Assembly (NCBI GenBank): GCA_945883335.1
Contig: CAMCXI010000002.1
Location: forward strand, 193,658-257,657
DNA: 64,000 nucleotides
Reading direction: 5' to 3'
From: Candidatus Methylopumilus universalis
Lineage (GTDB): Bacteria > Pseudomonadota > Gammaproteobacteria > Burkholderiales > Methylophilaceae
Under the pieces are notes generated by a model. It did not search any database. It had not been told where the DNA came from and was given only the letters and a program-made list of their open reading frames with translations. Positions 33,906 to 43,540 of this stretch are shown here, one piece after another; the first letter of the stretch is position 1; the number at the start of each line of letters is the position of its first letter. The position numbers were made by a program, and so were the translations under genes.

Positions 33906-35111
33906 TTACTTAGCTTTAGCAGGATTAGCAGCAGGCATTGCCGGAGCTGAGCCAAATGGATGAGGATTCACAGGTGCACCAGGGCGTACTTTAATTAAAT
34001 TATCCGCAATCACTTGGTCGCCTTCTTTTAGACCCTCAAGCACCACCCAATCATTACCTAGCCAGCCACCCTCTTTAATTGGGCGAACTGTGGCAACCAC
34101 TTTGCCTTCTTTGTCTTTATCCGCCACAAATACAAATCTACCTTGATCGCCCGTTAGAACAGAGGTTTGCGGGATGAGGAATACGCCATTACGAACGCCC
34201 GTTGTAATACGCGCTCTTACGAATTGACCTGGCAATAATTGATGCTCGCCATTTTCAAAGGTCGCTCTCAATTGTTGGGTGCCTAGTTTAGGATCAACTT
34301 GGCTGGCTAAAAAATTTAACTTACCTTTTTGCTTATATTCAGTGCCATCAGGTAATAGCAGCGCAACTTCTTTTACATTTTTCTCAGTTAAATGCCCTCC
34401 TAGCGTCTTAATTTCGCTATCAGATAAGCTAAAGCGCACCCAAATTGGGGAGATTTGAGAAACTGTAGTGAGTAAACTGGTGTTAGCCGCCACTAACGCG
34501 CCTTCTGAAAATTGGAAACGACCTGAAACGCCTGTTAGTGGCGAAGTGACATTCGTGTAAGAAAGGTTTAGCTCCGCTTCTTTTACGTTGGCTAACGCTT
34601 GTTGAAGATTAGCCACTGAAGTGGCTTTGTCGCTCGTCGAATTATCGTATTCGCGCTGACTAATTGATTGGCTCGCTAACAAACCACGCAAACGCGACTC
34701 CTCACGTGCAGCCTGTTCAACCCGTGCTTGCTGGGCTGAGTAAGCCGCTTTAGCTTGTTGCAAAGCAATTTGATATGGTACTGGATCAATCAAAAACATA
34801 GTTTGACCGGCTTGTACTGAAGCCCCTTCGTCATAGACTCGCTTTAATAAAATACCGCCAACATGTGGACGAATTTCAACTTCCTTTGCACCTTCTGTTT
34901 GCGCGACCGCTTCAGCCGTAATCGGTACACTGATTGCTTTGACTGAAATGACACTCACAGGCATTACCATGCCGGGGCCTTGTGGCGCACCCTTTTCTTT
35001 TTTACCGCAGGCAACTAATCCTAAGCTTGTCACTGCGCAAATCATCAGAAAATGCGAAAAACTTGGTTTATTGCTGTCTTTTAGAAATAAAGCGGGCATT
35101 GATAACTCCAT
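33906..35111 (-). CDS. RND efflux periplasmic adaptor (membrane fusion protein, AcrA-like)
   Basis: Lipobox LGLVACG plus coiled-coil hairpin and barrel domains. The start codon is uncertain because several in-frame Met codons lie near the N-terminus. Confidence 0.9.
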   Translation of the reverse strand: MELSMPALFLKDSNKPSFSHFLMICAVTSLGLVACGKKEKGAPQGPGMVMPVSVISVKAISVPITAEAVAQTEGAKEVEIRPHVGGILLKRVYDEGASVQAGQTMFLIDPVPYQIALQQAKAAYSAQQARVEQAAREESRLRGLLASQSISQREYDNSTSDKATSVANLQQALANVKEAELNLSYTNVTSPLTGVSGRFQFSEGALVAANTSLLTTVSQISPIWVRFSLSDSEIKTLGGHLTEKNVKEVALLLPDGTEYKQKGKLNFLASQVDPKLGTQQLRATFENGEHQLLPGQFVRARITTGVRNGVFLIPQTSVLTGDQGRFVFVADKDKEGKVVATVRPIKEGGWLGNDWVVLEGLKEGDQVIADNLIKVRPGAPVNPHPFGSAPAMPAANPAKAK

Positions 35112-35145
35112 GTCTTTTAAGGGAATAGTTCAGATAATGCTTGTT

Positions 35146-35165
35146 TACATACAAAGTTGTATGTA
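35146..35165. promoter_or_regulatory. candidate TetR-family operator: TACATACAA-AG-TTGTATGTA palindrome
   Basis: Perfect 9-bp inverted arms with a 2-bp centre in the divergent efflux/tetR intergenic region, 35 bp from the adaptor-gene ATG. A further ATGTAAA half-site lies at 35188..35194. Confidence 0.6.
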
Positions 35166-35261
35166 TATTATATAGAAACAAGCCCTTATGTAAATGTGTT
35201 TCGCATAATCAAAACTTAATGATTTACAAAGAGTTAATATTAAAAAATGGATCGATAAGCC

Positions 35262-35879
35262 GTGGTTAGACAAACCAAAGAAAATGCAGAAATCACTAGA
35301 CAGCGAATTATTGATGCAGCGCGAAAAGTATTCCTATCACGGGGTGTAAGTCGCACCAGCATGGAACAAATCGCCGCAGAGGCTCGTGTTACCCGCGGGG
35401 CAGTGTATTGGCATTTCAGTAACAAGACTGAACTTTTTGGCGCGCTGCGCGAACAAGTCATACTCCCACTAATCGACCGAATGGATGATAGTCTTCTTAT
35501 TGAAAACAATGATGATCCCATTGGTCAAATCGGCAAATTTCTTAGTGCTACCATCGACGCATTAAATGATTCTTCTGACACCCGTCAAACTTTTGAAATC
35601 ATGATGGTGAAATGCGAATATGTAGACGATCTTTCAGTAGTGCTAGAGCAAACATTATCTAACTGCGAGCGTATTACTAAGAAAATAGAGCAATTGTATG
35701 AGCGCGCAAAAACCAAAGGCCAGCTTAAGACCATTGACTCCCCTGCCATCCTGTCGATGGACACGCATTTGTTCTTTAGTGGACTCATTCATTTATGGGT
35801 CAAAGATTTAGATCACAAACATTATCGCAATCAAGCCAAAGACTTAATTAATAACCACATCAATTTGCGTAGAAAATAA
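35262..35879 (+). CDS. TetR/AcrR-family transcriptional repressor
   Basis: GTG start. VRQTKENAEITRQRIIDAARKVFLSRGVSRTSMEQIAAEARVTRGAVYWHF aligns with the AcrR N-terminal HTH. Divergent from the RND operon. Confidence 0.9.
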   Translation: MVRQTKENAEITRQRIIDAARKVFLSRGVSRTSMEQIAAEARVTRGAVYWHFSNKTELFGALREQVILPLIDRMDDSLLIENNDDPIGQIGKFLSATIDALNDSSDTRQTFEIMMVKCEYVDDLSVVLEQTLSNCERITKKIEQLYERAKTKGQLKTIDSPAILSMDTHLFFSGLIHLWVKDLDHKHYRNQAKDLINNHINLRRK

Positions 35880-35937
35880 GCCTCGCATGGCTTATTATAG
35901 CGATCTTGTTTAAGTAGCTGCCCCAAGAAAGAATTTT

Positions 35938-36891
35938 GTGCCAAATTTTATAGTCGCCGCACTCTACAAGTTTGCAAAACTAACCGATTACCAGGCCATT
36001 CAGCCAAGCTTGCAGGACTTTTGTGTTGTTCACAATATTAAAGGTACGCTGTTGCTTGCTGAAGAAGGAATTAACGGCACGGTAGCAGGCAATCGCGCTG
36101 ATATTGATGCGCTGATTCACTATCTAAAACAAGACGCTCGTTTAGCAGATTTAGAACACAAAGAATCATACGCGGATGAAATGCCGTTTTACCGCATGAA
36201 AGTTCGCCTTAAAAAAGAGATTGTGACTTTAGGCGTAAAAGGCATAGATCCAAACTACAAGGTGGGCACTTATGTAAAGCCTCAAGATTGGAATGCGCTA
36301 ATTTCTGACCCTGATGTCATCTTAATTGATACCCGCAATGATTACGAATACGACATAGGCACTTTTAAAGGCGCAATCGACCCAAAAACAACGACTTTCC
36401 GGGAGTTCCCTGATTACGTCACTAAAAACCTAGATACCAAGCAACATAAAAAAGTGGCCATGTTTTGCACAGGCGGTATCCGCTGTGAAAAAGCTAGCTC
36501 CTATATGATGGAACAAGGCTTTAAAGAGGTTTATCACTTACAAGGCGGCATCCTCAAGTATCTAGAAGAGGTGCCGAAAGAAGAAAGTCTATGGGAAGGC
36601 GAATGTTTTGTATTTGATCAGCGCGTTTCTGTCAAACATGGCTTAGAGATCGGCGATTATGACCAATGCCATGCTTGTCGCCACCCGCTCTCACCTGATG
36701 AGATGCAAAGTGAACAATATGTCCCTGGCATCTCTTGCCCACACTGTGTTGATAAGCTTTCAGAAGAAAAACGAACGAGTGTGACTGAGCGTCAAAAACA
36801 AATAGCGCTAGCCAAAAAACGTGGTGAAGCGCACATTGGCAAAGTGATTAATAAAACAAACGATCATAAAACACATAAAGAAAAGCAATAA
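35938..36891 (+). CDS. trhO: rhodanese-domain tRNA uridine(34) hydroxylase TrhO (YceA/UPF0176)
   Basis: GTG start. N-terminus [11 protein letters not shown], a rhodanese active-site loop CTGGIRCE and a C-terminal Cys cluster (CHACRHP...CPHC). Confidence 0.85.
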   Translation: MPNFIVAALYKFAKLTDYQAIQPSLQDFCVVHNIKGTLLLAEEGINGTVAGNRADIDALIHYLKQDARLADLEHKESYADEMPFYRMKVRLKKEIVTLGVKGIDPNYKVGTYVKPQDWNALISDPDVILIDTRNDYEYDIGTFKGAIDPKTTTFREFPDYVTKNLDTKQHKKVAMFCTGGIRCEKASSYMMEQGFKEVYHLQGGILKYLEEVPKEESLWEGECFVFDQRVSVKHGLEIGDYDQCHACRHPLSPDEMQSEQYVPGISCPHCVDKLSEEKRTSVTERQKQIALAKKRGEAHIGKVINKTNDHKTHKEKQ

Positions 36892-36919
36892 AACCTCACC
36901 TACTACCTAAGAAAATATA

Positions 36920-37306
36920 ATGCAAGATATTGAATTTATAATAAATACTGAATATGTTGAGCTGTGCAATCTGCTCAAGTTGGTTGACTTAGCTGACAGC
37001 GGTGGTCGCGGTAAAGCGATGGTTGCCGAAGGCCTAGTGAAGGTAGATGGTGAGTTAGAACTTCGCAAAACTGCCAAAATAAAAGCTGGTCAAGTGATTG
37101 AATGCGAAGGTAAGCGCATATTGATTAGCGTAGACCCTAATGCGGAAATAAAACCACCAAAAGTGAAGGCCCCTAAAGTTCGCGGCAAGGGTCAACCAAA
37201 CCGCCGTAGTGGCGCCGGCGTTAAGCCAACAGGTGCAAAATCTATAAAAAAGACTAGCACGAAGAAAACTGGCGTGGATGTAGAGAAAAAGTCACCATGG
37301 CACTAA
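36920..37306 (+). CDS. YbcJ-like S4-domain RNA-binding protein with about 58-aa Lys/Pro-rich C-terminal extension
   Basis: The first ~70 aa (YVELCNLLKLVDLADSGGRGKAMVAEGLVKVDGELELRKTAKIKAGQVI) align with E. coli YbcJ. The remainder is basic and low-complexity. Confidence 0.78.
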   Translation: MQDIEFIINTEYVELCNLLKLVDLADSGGRGKAMVAEGLVKVDGELELRKTAKIKAGQVIECEGKRILISVDPNAEIKPPKVKAPKVRGKGQPNRRSGAGVKPTGAKSIKKTSTKKTGVDVEKKSPWH

Positions 37307-37836
37307 AATCCACCATCTACAAAGCGGATCTTCAAGTATCGAACATGGATAGCAATTACTATGCTGCTCATAGTTTAACTCTTGCCAGACACCCATCTGA
37401 GACAGAAGAACGTTTAATGGTCAGATTGATTGCTTTTGCATTGTTTGCAAGCGAGTTACTGGCTTTTGGTAAAGGCTTAAGCGATGATGAAGAACCTGAC
37501 CTGTGGCAAAAAGATTTAACTGGCGCAATTGAGCTTTGGATAGAAGTTGGCCTACCTGATGAGCGCGTTCTTCGCAAAGCTTGCGGACGGTCTAACCAAG
37601 TGGCGTTAATTTTATATGGTGGCCGCACCGCAGATATGTGGTGGGATCAAAATAGCAAAGCCCTTCTCAAGCTAGACAACTTAACTGTAATTAACTTGCC
37701 AAACACAGAAGAGCTGGCTGGCGCAGCTACTAGAAACATGAACCTCAGCTGCACGATGCAAGATAATGAAATGCTGGTGACACACGATGCAGGAAGTTTT
37801 ACGCTTCTTCCTGCAGTATTAAAAACCTTTAACTAA
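37297..37836 (+). CDS. yaeQ: YaeQ-family protein (PD-(D/E)xK-like fold, function unknown)
   Basis: MALKSTIYKADLQVSNMD...SLTLARHPSETEERLMVRLIAFAL closely parallels the E. coli YaeQ N-terminus. It overlaps the preceding gene by 10 nt. Confidence 0.9.
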   Translation: MALKSTIYKADLQVSNMDSNYYAAHSLTLARHPSETEERLMVRLIAFALFASELLAFGKGLSDDEEPDLWQKDLTGAIELWIEVGLPDERVLRKACGRSNQVALILYGGRTADMWWDQNSKALLKLDNLTVINLPNTEELAGAATRNMNLSCTMQDNEMLVTHDAGSFTLLPAVLKTFN

Positions 37837-37997
37837 GACTGCTTCTCCATAAACTCTTTATAAATATTCCGGTCTTTTAAGCATTCATGGCTTGTTTTAT
37901 CTGGGCAAGACTCTCTAAGCTTGCAAAAACAAGTTTTAGCCAATATTTCCTCTAAGTGACTAAGTGATGTCTGGCTATTTTCTTGTGCTTGACTCAT
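37833..37997 (-). CDS. hypothetical 54-aa Cys-containing micro-protein (not in ORF track)
   Basis: Own translation is MSQAQENSQTSLSHLEEILAKTCFCKLRESCPDKTSHECLKDRNIYKEFMEKQS. The RBS is weak (AAGAAAG) and the stop overlaps the yaeQ stop. There is no homology support. Confidence 0.25.
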   Translation of the reverse strand: MSQAQENSQTSLSHLEEILAKTCFCKLRESCPDKTSHECLKDRNIYKEFMEKQS

Positions 37998-38298
37998 GTT
38001 TGTATCTTTCTTTAAGTGTCATCTCAATTACTTTAACTTTTTTTGGATGCTTGAGCCATTAAAATAGTTTCCACCTAACAAAAAGAACGGGAATTATTAA
38101 AGGATTCTTCTTCACAAAGACGCTAATCAGCGTGACAGAAGACCGCTTATTAGGCAAAATACTACTTTTACTTTTTTTGCTTTTAAGTGATCTGAAATAT
38201 AAAAATCGCACGAAGCATAACACTCTGAAAACAAAAATATTTACGCTAAATAAGTTGATAAAAATCAAATATAGCGTGGATAGATGGAGAGATTCTTT

Positions 38299-40671
38299 AT
38301 GTCAGCCCATGTAATTCCTTTCGAAAACCTGCGTAACGTTGATGTGCCTTCAGTTGGCGGCAAGAATGCATCACTAGGGGAAATGATTTCGCAGCTTTCT
38401 GCAAAAGGTGTTCGCGTACCTACCGGTTTCGCAACTACTGCCGATGCATACCGTGAGTTTTTGGCACAAAATGGTTTGGACGCCAAAATCGTGGCAACAC
38501 TCGAATCACTAAACGTGGATGACACCATTGCATTAGCTAGCTGCGGCAAGCAAATTCGTGAATGGATTATGGCCGAACCGTTCCCGGCTGCACTTGAAAA
38601 AGCAATTGCAGAGAACTATGCAACATTGACAGCTAAGTCAGGCAACGGTGCCACCTTTGCAGTAAGGTCTTCTGCAACAGCTGAAGATTTGCCTGACGCT
38701 TCATTTGCTGGCCAACAAGAATCTTTCTTAAACATTCAAGGCTTGGATAACATCCTTCATGCCATTAAAGAAGTATTTGCTTCTTTATACAACGACCGCG
38801 CGATTTCTTACCGCGTTCACAAAGGCTTTGTTCATGCAGATGTGGCTTTATCTGCTGGCGTTCAACAAATGGTTCGTAGTGATATTGGATGTGCTGGCGT
38901 GATGTTTACTATCGACACTGAATCAGGCTTCCAGGACGTTGTATTCATCACATCATCATACGGCTTGGGCGAAACCGTGGTTCAAGGCGCAGTAAATCCT
39001 GACGAGTTCTATGTACATAAGCCACTATTAGCACAAGGTAAACCAGCCATTGTTCGACGCACCATGGGCTCCAAACTCATTAAAATGGTCTTTAGCGATG
39101 CAACACAAGCAGGCAAGAGCACAAACACAGTCGATGTAGACCCAGTTGATAGCGACCGTTATTCGCTGACAAATGAAGATATTCTAGAGTTGGCCAATTA
39201 TGCGATGACGATTGAATCTCATTATGGGTGCCCTATGGATATCGAATGGGGTAAAAATGGCGTTGATAACAAGCTATACATCTTGCAAGCACGACCTGAG
39301 ACTGTTAAATCACAAGAAGCGAATAACAACGTCACAGAAACCTTCACATTAGAAAAACACGCTGCTAAACCAATGGTTGTTGGCCGCGCTGTGACGCAGA
39401 AAATTGGCACAGGTCCTGTACGCATTGTGCTTGACCCAGCTGACATGCATTTAGTGCAACCAGGCGACGTATTGGTTGCTGACATGACTGACCCTAACTG
39501 GGAACCAGTGATGAAGCGTGCCAGTGCTTTGGTCACTAACCGTGGGGGGCGTACTTGCCACGCTGCGATTATCGCGCGTGAGTTAGGCATTCCAGCGATT
39601 GTTGGCTCTGTTAACGCAACTGATGTGTTACGTGAAGGTGAAGTGGTTACCGTTTCATGTGCGGAAGGTGAGTCCGGCTTCGTTTATCACGGCGCCCTTC
39701 CATTCTCAGTCAATACGCAAGCAACCGCAGCACTCAGCAAACCACCATGCAAAATCATGATGAACGTGGGTAACCCAGACATGGCGTTTGGCTTTGCTAA
39801 GACACCTAATGATGGCGTTGGCTTGGCGCGTTTAGAGTTCGTGATCAACAACATGGTTGGTATCCATCCAAAAGCGATTTTGAATGTTGATGCAATGCCT
39901 GCTCCTATGCAAACCATCATCAGGAACCGCGCTCGTGGTTATGCTAGTCCAACCGACTTTTACATTGATAAAGTTGCTGAAGGCGTTGCAACCATTGCGG
40001 CAGCGTTTTATCCAAAACCAGTGATTGTGCGCACATCTGACTTCAAGTCTAATGAGTACAAAAAGTTGGTTGGTGGGGATATTTATGAGCCCGATGAAGA
40101 AAATCCAATGATTGGCTTCCGCGGCGCCGCACGTTACATGGCAGAAGACTTTAAAGAGTGTTTTGCAATGGAATGTAAGGCAATGAAAAAAGTCCGTGAC
40201 GAAATGGGCTTAGTGAACGTTGAAATCATGATTCCATTTGTACGCACCTTGGATGAAGCGAAAGCTGTGACTGAAATCTTAGCGGCTAACGGCTTAAAAC
40301 GTGGCGAAAATAGCTTACGCCTTATCATGATGTGCGAAATCCCTTCCAATGCGCTTCTTGCTGAGCAATTCTTGGCTTATTTCGATGGCTTCTCTATTGG
40401 CTCTAACGATTTAACGCAACTAACGCTAGGCATGGACCGTGACTCTGGCATCCTTGCAGATGGATTTGATGAACGTAACGAGGCAGTAAAAGTATTACTG
40501 CGCATGGCGATCAGCACTGCAAACCGTTTAGGCAAGTACGTCGGCATTTGCGGCCAAGGCCCATCAGACCACCCAGACTTTGCGCAATGGTTAGTCGACG
40601 AAGGCATCCAATCGGTATCACTTAACCCTGATACTGTTGTTGCCACTTGGCAAAAATTGACACAAAAGTAA
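38299..40671 (+). CDS. ppsA: phosphoenolpyruvate synthase (pyruvate, water dikinase)
   Basis: [11 protein letters not shown]...[12 protein letters not shown]-terminus, phosphohistidine region [18 protein letters not shown] and a PEP-utilising C-domain. Start trimmed to the ATG at 38299, preceded by GGAGAG. Confidence 0.95.
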   Translation: MSAHVIPFENLRNVDVPSVGGKNASLGEMISQLSAKGVRVPTGFATTADAYREFLAQNGLDAKIVATLESLNVDDTIALASCGKQIREWIMAEPFPAALEKAIAENYATLTAKSGNGATFAVRSSATAEDLPDASFAGQQESFLNIQGLDNILHAIKEVFASLYNDRAISYRVHKGFVHADVALSAGVQQMVRSDIGCAGVMFTIDTESGFQDVVFITSSYGLGETVVQGAVNPDEFYVHKPLLAQGKPAIVRRTMGSKLIKMVFSDATQAGKSTNTVDVDPVDSDRYSLTNEDILELANYAMTIESHYGCPMDIEWGKNGVDNKLYILQARPETVKSQEANNNVTETFTLEKHAAKPMVVGRAVTQKIGTGPVRIVLDPADMHLVQPGDVLVADMTDPNWEPVMKRASALVTNRGGRTCHAAIIARELGIPAIVGSVNATDVLREGEVVTVSCAEGESGFVYHGALPFSVNTQATAALSKPPCKIMMNVGNPDMAFGFAKTPNDGVGLARLEFVINNMVGIHPKAILNVDAMPAPMQTIIRNRARGYASPTDFYIDKVAEGVATIAAAFYPKPVIVRTSDFKSNEYKKLVGGDIYEPDEENPMIGFRGAARYMAEDFKECFAMECKAMKKVRDEMGLVNVEIMIPFVRTLDEAKAVTEILAANGLKRGENSLRLIMMCEIPSNALLAEQFLAYFDGFSIGSNDLTQLTLGMDRDSGILADGFDERNEAVKVLLRMAISTANRLGKYVGICGQGPSDHPDFAQWLVDEGIQSVSLNPDTVVATWQKLTQK

Positions 40672-40683
40672 GCGTTAAATTTC

Positions 40684-41490
40684 GTGAAACGCTCAGCTTT
40701 ATTTATTTCTGACAGCACTGGCATGACAGCCAGTGCATTGGGGAAATTGCTTGAGCATTTTCCGCATACTGAATTTACCCAAATTCGCTTACCTTTTACT
40801 GACACGCCAGAAAAAATTCAAATTGCTAAGACTGCGATTGCAAAAGCAACTGAGCAAGATGGTATTCGCCCAGTGGTCATTATGTCGCTTGGCAACTCAG
40901 AGCTTCGGACATCACTTAAACAGGTGGATGCTTATTACATCGATCTATTCAGTACATTTATTGATCCACTCGGTATAGAGCTAGGTGAACAACCATTAAC
41001 AGGCTCTGGTATTGCTCACGGAGCAATGGGAAGCAACTATTCTGACCGCATGGAAGCAATTAACTTTACGCTTAACCATGACGACGGTATGACCAATAGT
41101 GGATTAGAAGAAGCCCAAGTCATTTTAGTGGGCGTTTCTCGCTGCGGAAAAACCCCAACCAGCATTTATTTAGCAATGCAATTTGGTATTAAAGCGGCTA
41201 ACTATCCACTGATTCCTGAAGACTTTGAACGAGGTAGCTTGCCAGCAGCCTTGAGAAATCACATCCACAAGATATTTGGCTTAACAATTAAGCCTGAGCG
41301 ACTTCACTCAGTGCGCAGCGAAAGAAGGCCAGATAGCAAATATGCATCACTAGAAAACTGCAAACAAGAAATTGCTACAGCTGAGGGCCTCATGCGTAAT
41401 GCTGGCATTACTTGGGCTGACTCAACCAGCCGCTCTATTGAGGAGTTATCTGCAATCATCTTGCAACGACTAGGTATTCAGCAAAAATAA
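40684..41490 (+). CDS. ppsR: PEP synthase regulatory kinase/pyrophosphorylase PpsR (DUF299)
   Basis: FISDSTGMTA N-terminal motif and P-loop GVSRCGKTPTS. The GTG start lies 12 nt after the ppsA stop. Confidence 0.88.
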   Translation: MKRSALFISDSTGMTASALGKLLEHFPHTEFTQIRLPFTDTPEKIQIAKTAIAKATEQDGIRPVVIMSLGNSELRTSLKQVDAYYIDLFSTFIDPLGIELGEQPLTGSGIAHGAMGSNYSDRMEAINFTLNHDDGMTNSGLEEAQVILVGVSRCGKTPTSIYLAMQFGIKAANYPLIPEDFERGSLPAALRNHIHKIFGLTIKPERLHSVRSERRPDSKYASLENCKQEIATAEGLMRNAGITWADSTSRSIEELSAIILQRLGIQQK

Positions 41491-41510
41491 AGCCAAACCA
41501 TCCTTAACCT

Positions 41511-42512
41511 CTAGATATTCCCTGAAATGCCTGAAATTAATGGCGGCTCATCCATCAAAGCAATCTGTTCACGCAGCTCCAATATCCTATCTTGCCAATA
41601 CTGCTGGGTATTAAACCAAGTAAACGCAACTTTAAACGCAGGGTCATCCCAACGCCTTGCGAGCCATGCAGAGTAATGAATAAGACGTAAGGTTCTTAAT
41701 GCTTCAATTAAGTGAAGCTCACGGGGATTGAAATCGTAAAAGTCTTCATAACCCAAAAGAATTTCATTCAATTGCTTCTGCATTTCATTTTGTTCGCCAG
41801 AGAGCATCATCCATAAGTCCTGGATGGCTGGCCCCATGCGACTATCATCAAAATCTACAAAGTGCGGCCCTGCCTCCGTCCATAGTAAATTGCCCATGTG
41901 ACAATCACCGTGCAACCTAAGCAAAGCAACATCTCCAGCTCTGTCGTAACATCGCCTCACGCCATCTAAAGCCTGCGCAACAACGCCGCGATAAACGACC
42001 TCAAGCTCTTTAGGCATCATGCCTTCATTGAGTAAATACGCACTGAGTTCTTCGCCAAAAGTTTCGATGTTTAAGGTAGGGCGATGTTTAAAATGACTCA
42101 GCGCACCCACGCTATGAATCCGCCCAATAAAACGCCCTATCCATTCGAGGACGCCCTCTTGGTCTAGCTCAGGCGCTCTTCCACCATGCTTAGGGAAAAT
42201 AGAGAAACGAAAGTCTTGATAAACAAACAATGTATTATCGTCAATTGAAGTTGGGGCAACTGCTGGAATTTCCGCATCCGCCAAACTTTGAACAAATGCA
42301 TGCTCTTCAAGAATTGCGGCATCATCCCACCGGTGTGGGCGGTAAAACTTCGCCACGACAGGTGAATCATCTACAACGCCTACTTGATAAACGCGGTTCT
42401 CATAGCTATTTAGCGCAAGCAAGCGGCCGTCTGTAGCAATACCAACACTATCAACCGCATCAAGGATAAGATCTGGGGAAAGATTTGAAAACGGGATGGT
42501 AGTTTGAGCCAT
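41511..42512 (-). CDS. srkA: stress-response Ser/Thr kinase SrkA/RdoA (YihE family)
   Basis: 333 aa with an aminoglycoside-phosphotransferase-like fold, motifs LNSYENRVYQV and LHGDCHMGNLLW. Confidence 0.85.
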   Translation of the reverse strand: MAQTTIPFSNLSPDLILDAVDSVGIATDGRLLALNSYENRVYQVGVVDDSPVVAKFYRPHRWDDAAILEEHAFVQSLADAEIPAVAPTSIDDNTLFVYQDFRFSIFPKHGGRAPELDQEGVLEWIGRFIGRIHSVGALSHFKHRPTLNIETFGEELSAYLLNEGMMPKELEVVYRGVVAQALDGVRRCYDRAGDVALLRLHGDCHMGNLLWTEAGPHFVDFDDSRMGPAIQDLWMMLSGEQNEMQKQLNEILLGYEDFYDFNPRELHLIEALRTLRLIHYSAWLARRWDDPAFKVAFTWFNTQQYWQDRILELREQIALMDEPPLISGISGNI

Positions 42513-42537
42513 CCCGTATTTTACAACGTATTGCAGC

Positions 42538-43068
42538 TTACTTTAGGAATGGTTTGATTTTCCCCATTATTTCATCAGATGCAGGATCAACATCGCTAGT
42601 AAAAGCATATACCTGCTTGCCGCCAGGCAGGATGACGTACTTATAGAAATTCCACATTGGCACTTGCTTAGTGATGGCAATTAATTGTTTATAGAAGGGA
42701 TTGGCGTTAGGCCCTGATACTGAGGTTTTAGAAATCATCGGAAACTTAACTGAATAAGTATTAATACAGAAATCACCAACCTCTTTATCGCTAGCAAGTT
42801 CCTGTCTGAAGTCATTAGATGGAAATCCTACGACCATTAGCCCTTTTGATTGGTAGCGCTTATACAGACTCTCTAAGGTTTCAAATTGAGGCGTAAAACC
42901 ACATTTACTTGCAGTGTTAACAACCAGGATAGGCTTGTCTTGGTAATCGCATAAGTTAATCTTCCCGCCCTGCAATGTCGTAAATTGGTGATTATATAAA
43001 TCAGGACAAGCGGCAAAACTAGCAGTAGATAAAGCCATCATTAAAACTCCCAAACAAATCTTCAACAT
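42538..43068 (-). CDS. glutathione peroxidase (Cys-type) with signal peptide
   Basis: VVNTASKCGFTPQFE and FPSNDF / WNFYKY motifs. The catalytic residue is encoded by a Cys codon, not TGA. Confidence 0.9.
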   Translation of the reverse strand: MLKICLGVLMMALSTASFAACPDLYNHQFTTLQGGKINLCDYQDKPILVVNTASKCGFTPQFETLESLYKRYQSKGLMVVGFPSNDFRQELASDKEVGDFCINTYSVKFPMISKTSVSGPNANPFYKQLIAITKQVPMWNFYKYVILPGGKQVYAFTSDVDPASDEIMGKIKPFLK

Positions 43069-43213
43069 ATTTTTTCCTCAATATTAATACCATCAAAACA
43101 TAATTAATATGACTAAGGTAAACTTGAATGGTTCATCAAAAAAGCATGGACAAGGCTTGTAGATAAACAGGCTAGGCGCTAATATTCAGCCATCAATTAA
43201 AAAGAGGTGCGTT

Positions 43214-43540
43214 GTGGAAATTCATGTTGGCGAGATATACGGCAAACAGACCACGGGCAAGTTTGTAATGTACAACGTGCTCAAGGTGAGCAAGAGCGTC
43301 ATTACCCTTCAAAATATTGACAATCCATTGAGCTTGTTTGAAACAACCGCAGACAAACTAAGCGGAGCAGGTTATATCCGTATCAGCCAAACACCTTATA
43401 TTGATTTAGACGCCTCAACGCCTAAGCGTCGCAAGGCAGCAAAGAAACCATCCCGTTGTCCACTGACTTTTGATTTTTTAGAGGATAGATCTGACAGCGA
43501 GCGCCCTTCCCCAATTATGCCGGACTTGTTTACCGCTTAA
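43214..43540 (+). CDS. hypothetical protein, 108 aa, basic C-terminal half
   Basis: GTG start preceded by AAGAGG. It fills an otherwise 468-bp gap and I recognise no family. Its 3' end overlaps the convergent rimO stop by 4 nt. Confidence 0.45.
   Translation: MEIHVGEIYGKQTTGKFVMYNVLKVSKSVITLQNIDNPLSLFETTADKLSGAGYIRISQTPYIDLDASTPKRRKAAKKPSRCPLTFDFLEDRSDSERPSPIMPDLFTA

Noticed and set aside
35240-35521. 93-aa minus-strand ORF opposite the TetR regulator gene.
   Set aside because: It is antisense to a gene with a canonical AcrR-like HTH, and its Ser/Arg-rich translation has no motifs.
38059-38314. Two overlapping ORFs (69 aa minus, 60 aa plus) in the AT-rich gap upstream of ppsA.
   Set aside because: Their translations are low-complexity Phe/Leu/Lys/Ile strings, as expected from AT-rich non-coding DNA. 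They overlap each other on opposite strands, and the plus-strand ORF runs past the real ppsA start (38299) in another frame.
40377-40805. 142-aa minus-strand ORF spanning the ppsA/ppsR junction. Also 39222..39590 and 12724..13077, antisense in ppsA and glnD.
   Set aside because: These are shadow ORFs opposite strongly conserved coding sequence, with no recognisable motifs.
42538-43068. Glutathione peroxidase as a possible selenoprotein.
   Set aside because: The catalytic position in NTASKCGFT is encoded by a normal Cys codon and the ORF has no internal TGA.
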